Shown here: piece by piece, positions 54,400-64,000 of the stretch
Layout of the letters: the number at the start of each line of letters is the position of its first letter
How positions within the stretch are numbered: position 1 is the first letter of the stretch
NCBI RefSeq assembly: GCF_006345805.1
Contig: NC_042999.1
Span: forward strand, 43,028,001 to 43,092,000
Reading direction: 5' to 3'
Length of the DNA stretch: 64,000 nucleotides
DNA from: Octopus sinensis
Lineage: Eukaryota
The notes under the pieces: generated by a model
Told to the model about the DNA's origin: nothing
Seen by the model: the letters and a program-made list of their open reading frames with translations, nothing else
Database searches by the model: none
Made by a program: the position numbers and the translations under genes

Positions 54400-54490
54400 C
54401 ACATACTTCAGCTTCAGTTAAAGCTGCCCATGCTAGGATCAAATGGATTGCTGTTTCCTCCTGCTCCCCACAGATGTTAAACACTTGTTT
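54400..54490 (-). pseudogene. Non-LTR retrotransposon C-terminal zinc-knuckle remnant
   Basis: VFNICGEQEETAIHLILAWAAL resembles the CxxCxxxxETxxHLxxxCxAL motif; short and degenerate. Confidence 0.45.
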
Positions 54491-56992
54491 CAAGGTAAAT
54501 GCTTCTTAACATGAATTATTATTGCATTCTGTTCTATTTTGGCCTAGCTGCCATAAACATTGCCTAAAATGTTCATTTCATTGTAGATATCTAAATTTTA
54601 TTTCCTATATGAGACAGAAGCAAAAAAAAAACCAGCCTATTAAATAATAGTATGGTCAGCAGGTTGAACGATTACACTTGTACAGTCATTTGTTTATATG
54701 TCCTAGTTTTTTTATGCAAGTATGGGCTACATAAATATATTATCGAGGCATCGTTTTAAAACTGGATACCCTTCCTGATGATAACCCCTATCTGTTTTTC
54801 AAGTGAAGGATATCAAATTCTACACGTGCTCGAAGATGCAAAGCCAGTAGATAACCAACTGACAGGGAAATGACAACAATGACCCCAGCCATCACAAAGC
54901 AATTTTAGGGGACACGCAAATAATAACAAACACACAGATGCACATGCATCACATATAAACCTTACATATCTTACATAAAATCAAAAATTAGTTCATGGAA
55001 AGTGATTTTTTGGGGGGAGATATGGCAGTTAACTTTTGCAGGATAAGCAATTTCATAAATACTTCTGTATTAAGGGCAAAGTTAGTGGTGATGAAGGTGG
55101 AAGAGTTAAGTAAAGAGAAGAGCGAGGAAGAAACAGCTGGATGCGTAGGAGACTAATGAAGAGATGTAAAAGGAGAGTAGTGAGAAGGGAAGTAAACAAT
55201 GAAAAATAAACAACTTTCTTGTATTGGATGCATACACAAACTAAGAAGAACGGTGGAAGTCAAAATGACATCTATCACAGACAAAAATTTCAGCAGAAGA
55301 ATCCACACAACATAGAAGGTGTGTGTGTGTGTGGCTACTTTTAGATAAAATAAAGTATTCCAACTATATGATGAAAATAGGAAAAGCTCTTTAATAAAAA
55401 CAAGGGAAGCTTTTGAAATGTGTGATAAAAAAAAAAGTTAATGTGTGTGTTGTGCATGCACCTTTTGAGAGAGAGATACAGAGAGAGAGAGAAGAGAGCA
55501 TGTCACCATGCTCAAATAGTACAGTCAGTCTGTCTTTGTAAGCCATTGCAATATTTTCCAACATATGTGTGCAAACACACCATTTCAAAAGATGTATACA
55601 AGTAATTACAAATGCATACTCCTTTGAGAGAATGTGCATGTTGCTGGGTACTTGCACATGAATGATGCATGTGTGTATGTATACAGATCTACGTTTGGGT
55701 GCTTTTTAAATATTTTGAATGCATTAATCCAAAGTGAAATTATACACCCACATGTATGTGAATGATGCATTTACTGCAGGTATGTGCATTTACATTGCAC
55801 ACATACATACCCTTCATGTATACTGAATGACTGCTGGGTAGGTAGGAAATTACAAACTGCACCACAAAGCCTATATATGTGTTTTGGTGCACAACACGCA
55901 ATGAGAAATCCCGAAAGTTAACCAAAAAATTACGTTACACTTGAAGGAGACAAAAATATAATAATATAGAGAACAGCAATATAACAAATAATAAGACATG
56001 AATAGCTACAAATTTTGAATACTATAAAATAAAATGATAGACATCAATATAAAATATAATATGAAGATAAGAATAAAAAATATAAAATAATACAAAATTC
56101 AACGCAGAATACAATAAATTGAAATACAAAGTAGAATACAATAAAACAAAATTGGAATATGGTAAAATAAATAGGATATGAGCAGAGGAAATGAAATAAA
56201 CAAAGTCGGTGAATATGATTTAAGAAACAAACAATTCTTTGTTTTCAAATGTTGTATTCTCTTGCATATTGTTATAATGACTTGTGAGTGTGTTTGTGTA
56301 AGATAGGAGGGATATTATCTGACAAAGCAGAAATGGTTATCTCCAGCAGAGAACAGCAAGAACAAGAATACTGCAAGATAGCTTAAAGAAAATAATTAAA
56401 AAGTCAAATTCTTCAGTAAATGAAAAGTCGCTGAATTAAGGTCAAACATCTTTGTTTATATTTATTTCATGTCGCAGTTGATGAATAACAGCTTTGTTAG
56501 TTTCCAGCGAACCAACCACTGGTTCATTGCATTTCTGATGGTGAGAGTGACAAAAGAGTGTCTGCAATTCACTGCAGAACAAATATCACAAAGAACTGTT
56601 TCAACAGCACCAGTTTTTTTAGTATTTTTGGTGATGCATGCATGCATCCATCGATCCATCCATCCTTCACCAGCAACGTTGCCTCCAATTTTTTTTTTTA
56701 TGTATGTGTGCACAAAGGTTTGCTTGTGTGCAAAATATATTTTTCTTTGCAAAATATGTATGCATCCGTGTAAGTAACCATCTTCAATTAAAAAAAATTT
56801 GGTTTCATCATATAAAAACCTTGTTTGTCTGTGCCAATTTTTGCCTGTGTCTTCCAATTTTTGTGTTTATCTACAATTTGTATAAGGTGTGTACGTGCAC
56901 AATTGCACAGCTTAGCAGGATAACTATTCACCAGCATACATTAGTGAAAAATAAACATGTATATATGGTGTGTAGTTATGTGATATAAAACA

Positions 56993-57165
56993 CTTGCTTC
57001 TCAACCACATGGTCCCAGGTTCAGTCCCACTGCATAGCACCTTGGTCAAGTGTCTTCAGGTCAAGCCTCAGGTCGATCAAAGCCTTGTCAGTGGATTTGG
57101 CATATGGAAACTGAAAGAAGCCCGCCATGTATGTGTGTGTGTGTGTGTCTTTGTGTTTGTGCTTG
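56993..57165 (+). mobile_element. CORE-like SINE, 5' part
   Basis: aaccacatggtcccaggttcagtcccac...gaaactgaaagaagcccg. Confidence 0.75.
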
Positions 57166-57309
57166 CCCCCTACCTTCATCGAAGCAATGAAAATATTTTG
57201 GCAAATTAAATTTAAATGTTGAAGTGAATCTAACGGCTTTTCTGTGTTTCTTAAATGGCTTATAAACACCTTCCATGCTGCAATTGTTTTATTATTATTA
57301 TTATTATTA

Positions 57310-57980
57310 AGGTGGCAAGCTGGCTGAATCATTAGCACACCGGGTGAAATGCTTAGCAGTATTTCATCTGCTACTACGTCCTGAATTCAAATTCTGCCGA
57401 GGTTGACTTTGCCTTTCATCCTTTCAAGGTCAATTAAATAAGTACCAGTTACGCACTGGGGTCAATGCAATCGATTTACACCTTCTCACCAAATTTCAGG
57501 CCTTGTGCTTATAGTAGTAAGGATTATCATCATCATTATCATCTAAAACTGTTTGATTCAGATCCATGTGATTTTTAAAGTTTCATGGGCCCATTTCTTT
57601 CAGGTTTAGATTAACTAAGAGACAGGTTTCTGTTAGAGGCCCATGAAACTTTAAGTCATATGGAGTCCAATCAAACTGTTTTGTCTGCAGTATTTCGTCT
57701 GCTGCTACGTTCTGAGTTCAAATTCCACCGAGGTTGACTCTGCCTTTCATCCTTTCGGGATCGATTAAATAAGTACTAGTTACGCACTGGGGTCGATATA
57801 ATCAACTTAATCTGTTTGTCTGTCCTTGTTTGTCCCCTCTGTGTAGCCCCTTATGGGTAATAAAGAAATAAGTATCATTGGCATGCCAGGAAATGCTTAA
57901 TAGTATTCTGTCCATTTTTATGTTCTCAGCTCAAATTCTACTGAGGTCAACTTTGCTTTCCATCCTTTCAGCATTGAAGC
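57310..57980 (+). mobile_element. Three Nin/Deu SINE copies in plus orientation
   Basis: The SINE core starts at ~57310, 57690 and 57880; the first follows (TTA)n. Confidence 0.8.
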
Positions 57981-59784
57981 TGACATAATCAACAAAAACC
58001 TATCCCATGAACTTATTGGCCTTGTGTGAAAATGTGAAACCAATATTTCAGTAAAATTATTCACAACAATATGTAGCAGGTCTACACTTTGATTTGAACC
58101 TGCGACTTGTTTTTGATTGGAAAATTCTTTGTAAGCAACAAGAATTTTAGCAGAATGAGTAACCATATCAGTAAAATTCTAGCCAATAAAAGCATATGCA
58201 AATAACTACCAGATTTGAGTTATGATGTCACCACAGATCTGTCCAATCAGATATGAAGAGAAAAGCAGAGAACAGCGGATGGGAACAGCCAGGCATTATT
58301 TTAAGCAATGTTCAAATTCACCTGTTATTTGACAACCAGAATAGTCAACATAAAGAGTCAGCAACAAAAATGACTGAAACTGCTACTAACTCAAGAATTA
58401 TATTACAGCAGAGGACACTTGCATTCATTCACTCATGCATCCACACGTATCTATAGAACCTGTTCGACCAAGCCTCTCCATGAAAAGAACATTCTGTCAT
58501 TCCTACACTGGACTGGTTATTCCAATACAATCTCTCAAAAACATGATGAATTGAAAACAAAAGACTTCTCTCATCCATACACATCTTATTGCAACCCTGG
58601 TTTAACATCAAATACAAAGAGATTTGATAGGTTGCCAGATGCAAAAAACTTTGGAAATGAATCACATATTCATCTATTCATGTATAAGAGAACATTTTAG
58701 GCTTTTTTCTTCTTTTTTCTTATAGCTTTAGTATCATATGTACAAACTACACATAACAAAGACATCAGCTATTGTGAATGAAAATTTTGTGTTGGTGAAT
58801 AAATTAATGTTGCTCTTTACATTCCCTCTCCATGTCTCCTCCCACTCACCATCACAACATTCTTTTTTGAAAAAAATTCAAACATACACAAGTACACATC
58901 AAGTTTTATGATACATAATTGAATACTACCAACATCAGTTGGTGTCTATATAATTCCTGCTTGATACGTATATATCCATAGAAAAGATGTAATGAAAACA
59001 GAAATATATAAGAGAACTTATAATGAACATTATCTTGCATGCTTATTTAGCCAGTAACTGAAACAAATAATAAAAGTAATATGATTTAATAATTAAAATA
59101 TTAACAAAGTACTCTTTCACTACATATTATTTTGAATAAATATTTTCAGAAAACCCATATAAACAAAAGGATTTCTTATAATGAGAATTATCTACCCTTT
59201 CTTGCACTTCTATTTTGAAAACAGTTTTGCAGGCAGAATCTGTAATAGAATTGTTCAAAGATTTGGTTGAACACTGTAAACTCATGGTTAGTTCTCAATG
59301 AACAGAGTTTATAACAAGTCTTATAATTCGTGGTTGCAGCCATCTGCATCTCTCACTAAACGATCGCCAATAGGCCAACAAAGGAACTTAACCTGTTAGC
59401 AATAGCAGTTGAATAAGTCTTTCAAATTACAACATACTACCTCCAAAGAAAAAGGGGGATGCTGGTTAATGTGATATTGGATGTAAAATATTTGAAGAAA
59501 GAAAAGAATGGGGGGGGACTGTACAGCTTTTATGGCTATTTAATCAAGGTTGATCTGAGGTTCGACAGCAACCAGCAAGCTGTGGTGTCATAAAACTCTG
59601 CTACAGCAACCAAGACAGTGCTCAAGCTTGACAAAAAAAATTCGGTCATTCGGTCATTTGTGTTATGTTTATCTATCTATCTATCTTAGGATGAGATGAT
59701 GAAGTATATTTACATATTACTGTTTTAAAACAGATGCTGCTAATCCTTACCTACTTTTCAAGAAAGTAGTAGTAGTAGTAGTTG

Positions 59785-59821
<37 letters not shown>

Positions 59822-59823
<2 letters not shown>

Positions 59824-60262
59824 AAGTAGTGAGCTGGCAGAGCCATTACCATATCTGGCAAAATGCATAGCAGCATTTTGTCAGTCTTCACGCTCTGAGT
59901 TCAAATTTTGTGAAGTTTTTTTTTTTCTTTTAGCCTTTTAGTTAATAGAATATGTGCCAGATGAGCACTAGGGTTGATGTACTCCACTTAACCTCTCCTC
60001 TGAACTTGCTGGCATTGTGCCAAAATCCGAGAGCTCTGATTATTAAGACGGTTAGCTGGCAGAATGGTTAGCATGTTGGGTAAAATGCTGCTAAGCATTT
60101 TGTCAGTCTTTGCATTTTGAGTTCAAATTCCATCGAAGTCAAATTTGTCTTTCATTCTTACAGCATCAATGAAGCAAATATAAGTTGTACACTGGGGCCA
60201 ATGTAATCAAAAAGCCCCTTCTCCATAGAGTTCAGGTCTTGTACCAATGGTAAAAAGTATTA
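59822..60262 (+). mobile_element. Two tandem older Nin/Deu SINEs
   Basis: gagctggcag heads at ~59830 and ~60052, after (TTA)n. Confidence 0.65.
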
Positions 60263-60270
60263 TTATCATT

Positions 60271-60632
60271 ATTACCTCCACCTTAGCAAAGGTGGAGGTA
60301 TTGTTTTCAGTAGTATTTGTTTGTTTGTCTGTAGACAAGGTATCTCAAGAATTGCTGGATGGATTCGGATGAAACGTTCAGGGATGTTTGGCCTTGTGAC
60401 TGGCACAAATGGATTAGATTTTGGGATCAATCAGGTCCCGGAAAAGGATTCTGGATTATTTTTCCTGTCTTTTTACTTAATTTTTGAGAGTAGTCAGATT
60501 CATTTTTAGTATTCATGTTTGTGATAGCAGTCGAGTTTATTTCAGATATTCTCATTTTAAAAATCAATCTGGCTAATCATTGAGAGGACATTGGTGTTGC
60601 CTTGGTGGAGGTTTGCACTCCCTAAGTGCTTT
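60271..60632 (+). mobile_element. Helentron/DINE-1-like non-autonomous rolling-circle element
   Basis: 5' hairpin acctccaccttagcaaaggtggaggt, short (GTTT/GTCT) repeat, 3' subterminal ccttggtggaggt, then stem-loop gcactccctaagtgc; T-rich flanks. Confidence 0.65.
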
Positions 60633-61477
60633 TGTTATTATTATTATTATTATTATTATCATTATTGAATAAAGAGAGCAATGCATGCCATCAAAGTGAC
60701 ACTGAGGAACAAATGTACGAAGTCTAATATACCCATCATAACTATCTGCCTGATAAGGGTACATGCATCACAACTATAGCTAATGATCTCATATTGAGAT
60801 AAATAACACATGGGTGCAGGTGGGGCCCACTTAGAATTTTCTTGAGGTCAAGTAGCCCACTTCACTCAAAAGGTCCCTGAATAAGGTTTGTTTAAGGATA
60901 AATGAATTATTATAATTATTATCATTATTATCTGAAAACAGCTAATGACTGATTTGTTGACAGGGTAAAACAACAAAACAATCTTCACTGTTTGGTGCTC
61001 AGCACTTTTTATTCGGACACACACACACACAGACATACATACAGACATTTTCACAGTGAAGAGCAAGAGAAAGTATTTGCTGCTAAGAGTATACTGCTAT
61101 TATAAAATGAATTATGCTGATAATAGAGGCACAACTAATGAGTAACAATAACTGGACTGAACAAGTGACTAACATGTAAATATTGTTGTAACAAGATTAA
61201 CCACAAGATAGCAAAAATATATTAAAACCTGCTAATCACAACAACAAACAAAACAGATAAGATACCAATAAGAACTACTACTGTCAGTAATAGCCCACCC
61301 TAACAGCTGACTGACTTATTGCTAAAAGTGAAATGCAAGCTAACATAAATAATGTAATAGTTGAAAAAAAATTTTTTAATCGTTTGAAATTACATTAGTA
61401 ATGAAGACAAAGGTCAGCATTAATGAAAACTTTTCTTGAGAGAGGGAAGGGAAAAAACTCTGAAATTTACATTAAAC

Positions 61478-62030
61478 ATTGAGAAGACCCAGCAAGACAA
61501 GTGGGACCTAAGCCAGGTGTGTAACTAGCCCACTTATGCGTACCTTCCCTTCATTGGACACTGCTTGCGAAGACCTGTTGAGGCAAGTGAAATCGGAATC
61601 AAAATCAAATTCGATGTCTGGCATCTGTGCTAGTGGAGCACTAAGAGCAACATCCGAGCCTGATCATTGCCAGAGTGGCCAACTGGCATTCATGCCGGCG
61701 GTACATAAAAAGCACCATTCAAGCGTGATCGTTACCAGCGTTGCCTTACTGGCACTTGTGCCAGTGTGCAGGTGACAAAGAGGGGGGGGGGGGAACACGA
61801 TTTTTCCGTGGTCATTACCAGTACCACCTGACTGGCCCTCATGCCAGTGGCACGTAAAAGCACCCACTACACTCTCGAAGTGATTGGCATTAGGAAGGGC
61901 ATCCAGCTATAGAAACTGCCAGATCAAGATTGGAGCCTGGTGCAGCCATCTGGTTCGCCAGTCCTCAGTCAAATCGTCCAACCCATGCTAGCATGGAAAG
62001 TGGACGTTAAACGATGATGATGATGATGAT
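61478..62030 (+). mobile_element. Longest RTE 3' end (last ORF codons plus 3' UTR and (GAT)n tail)
   Basis: Begins attgagaagacccagcaagacaagtg (resembles an RTE ORF end), then the same UTR as the short copies. This links those copies to a LINE. Confidence 0.7.
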
Positions 62031-62628
62031 TGATACCATAAGAATTTATAAACTTTTGAGAGAACGTGAAATAATTCTTTTTCTGAACTGAATCTCAAAG
62101 CATACCTAAAGCTATAAATAATAACATGTAAATATTGGGCAATGTAAATATTAGACAGGTTGTCATGATGGATATATAGGGCTTCATATATTTCTGTCCG
62201 AATGTCACTTTGATGGCATGTGCCGCTCTTTCAATAATAATGATAATATTTTCTAATTTCTACGAAAGGTGCAAGGCTTGAAATTTTTGGAAAGCGAGCT
62301 AGTTGCTCAACTGGTACTTATTTTATCTAACTCGAAAGGATGAAAGGCAAACTTGAACTTGGCAGAATTTGAACTCAGAATGTAATAATAATAATAATTT
62401 CTTTTTATGCTATTTAATTGTCTCAGTCATTTTGACTGTGGTCATGCTGGAGCACTGCCTTTTAGCTGAAGAAATCGACTCCTGGACTTATTCTTCGTAA
62501 GCCTGGTAATTATTCAATCAGTCTCTTTTTGCCAAACCACTAGGTTACAGGGACATAAACACACCAACATTGGCTATGAGGCGATGGTGGTGGTGGGCAA
62601 ACAGACACAAATATATATATATATATAT

Positions 62629-62772
62629 CATCATCATCATCATCGTTTAACGTCCGCTTTCCATGCTAGCATGGGTTGGACGGTTCAACTGGGGTCTGGC
62701 AAGCCCGAAGGCTACACCAGGCCAGTCAGATCTGGCAGTGTTTCTACAGCTGGATGCCCTTCCTAACGCCAA
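62629..62772 (-). mobile_element. Short RTE 3' UTR copy inside (AT)n
   Basis: (AT)n on both flanks. Confidence 0.85.
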
Positions 62773-62789
62773 AATATATATATATATAT

Positions 62790-63240
62790 ATCCAGCAGTC
62801 ATTGTGGCAACACGTATTTGTTTGTTCTCCATGGCCTTAAGGCACTCTTCCATAGCCAGCCCTAAACTTAACTCGCCCTGTCGAAAAGACGCTTGTCCCG
62901 ACGTCCTGGTTTTGTTATTATTGCTTTTACATATTTTGTATTCTTATTCATGCTATCATTATTGTTTTTACGTATTTTTGTATTTTTATTCATGTAACAT
63001 CGTCCGTTTTCTGTCCCTGTGTTGTATACATTCGAGGCTTTCTTCCAAGGAATCTAATGCGCTTGTCTTAGATTTCCCTTGGGGACTGCCTAGATCGGAG
63101 CAATCTCAAAATTAATCAGCCGAAATTGCGAAGATGATCCGGTTCTTGACTGATGATTGAGGGCTTTGAATGTCCCGTCCGTGTTTTATGTGTCGTCTTC
63201 TAAATGTTTCACGTTCTTGTCCCAGTTTGTATATTTTTTT
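62790..63240. mobile_element. Unclassified repeat-like segment between (AT)n tracts, possibly Penelope-derived
   Basis: CpG-containing, bounded by (AT)n and adjacent to a Penelope-like foldback; no diagnostic ORF. Confidence 0.3.
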
Positions 63241-63257
63241 TTATTTTTACATATATA

Positions 63258-63490
63258 TATATACACCAGAGTAAACACATAAATGTGAAACAAGGTGGGA
63301 AAAAGAGTACTCAAATACCAAAGGTAGAGTAATATGCTTTATTTAAAAGCAGGAAAAATTTAACAAAAGCTGTTACTCAGAGTTTCACATTCCCGTTCCA
63401 GTTTTGTAAAGAAAAACTGTTTGATGAACAGAAACGTGAAACTCCGAGTAACAGCTGTTGTTAAATTTCTGCTGCTTTTAAATAAAGTGT
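63258..63490 (+). mobile_element. Penelope-like terminal-repeat foldback
   Basis: ~60-bp inverted arms 63339-63398 / 63426-63487; second copy at 45005-45190; contains a hammerhead-like motif. Confidence 0.6.
63415..63456 (+). ncRNA. Degenerate minimal type I hammerhead ribozyme motif
   Basis: ctgt [TTGATGA] ac-agaaac-gt [GAAA] ctc-c-gag-T-A acag: stem I ctgt/acag, short stem II, palindromic stem III, GUA triplet. C3 is T. Confidence 0.5.
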
Positions 63491-63504
63491 ATATATATAT
63501 ATAT

Positions 63505-63840
63505 ATATACAACAGGCTTCTTTGAGTTTCCATCTACCAAATCCACTCACAAGGCTTTGGTCAGCCTGAGGCTATAGTAGAAGACTTGCCCAAGGTCCCA
63601 CGCAATGGGACTGAACCCAGAACCATGTGGTTGGAAAGCAAACTTCTTATCACACAGCCAATCCTTTCTATTATAGGCACAAGGCCTGAAATTTTGAGGG
63701 AGGGAATTAGTTGGTTATATGAACATCAGTGCTCAATCCTGAAAGGGCGAAAGGCACAAATCGACCCCAGTAGAATTTGAACTCTGAATGTAAAGATGGA
63801 CAAAATGCCACTAACCATTTTGTCTAGCATGCTAATGATT
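63505..63840 (-). mobile_element. CORE-like SINE head (63505-63662) fused to a Nin/Deu SINE (63663-63840)
   Basis: Both family motifs are adjacent in the same orientation. Confidence 0.75.
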
Positions 63841-64000
63841 TGTTATGATAATAATTATAATTCTTATAATAGACAAAGGGCCTCATGCAAATTTAATACA
63901 GAGGGCAAGGGAGGACTGTCCTCAAATTAAAACCTGTCTCTCAATTTGCTAGAAATTATAGCCAAATCTCTCTTAAATTGCACCTTACTTGTCAAAAATA

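Noticed and set aside
56462-56620. Minus-strand acceptor-like tgttctgcag with an open frame
   Set aside because: No donor or homology supports an exon.
47414-64000. Forkhead-domain exons (KPPYSF, WKNSVRHNLS, KGSLW)
   Set aside because: Searched by eye on the minus strand and not found; probably upstream of the window.

Overview
Eukaryotic, very AT-rich, microsatellite-dense genomic DNA. The repeat families (tRNA-derived Nin/Deu-type and CORE-like SINEs, RTE LINE pieces) point to an octopod cephalopod; this is an inference. One protein-coding gene is supported: the 3' part of a minus-strand FoxN2/3-family forkhead transcription factor. It has a large last coding exon (28166-27056, with EDHNYS and ADALLNLAG motifs) and small phase-compatible exons at 30188-30113 and 42193-42143, plus a weaker one at 47413-47341. 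I did not find the forkhead domain; it probably lies beyond 64000. Everything else is introns and a probable long 3' UTR filled with SINEs, LINE fragments, MITEs and Helitron-like elements. Nearly all other ORFs in the track are microsatellite or repeat artefacts. The best leads are: a degenerate minimal hammerhead ribozyme inside a Penelope-like foldback; a SINE flanked by a ~165-bp target duplication; a candidate stop-containing cassette exon; a tail-to-tail RTE hairpin (possible ADAR substrate); and a cluster of three palindromes at 44-46 kb. I see no clearly novel protein-coding system. Repeat coordinates are by eye and approximate.
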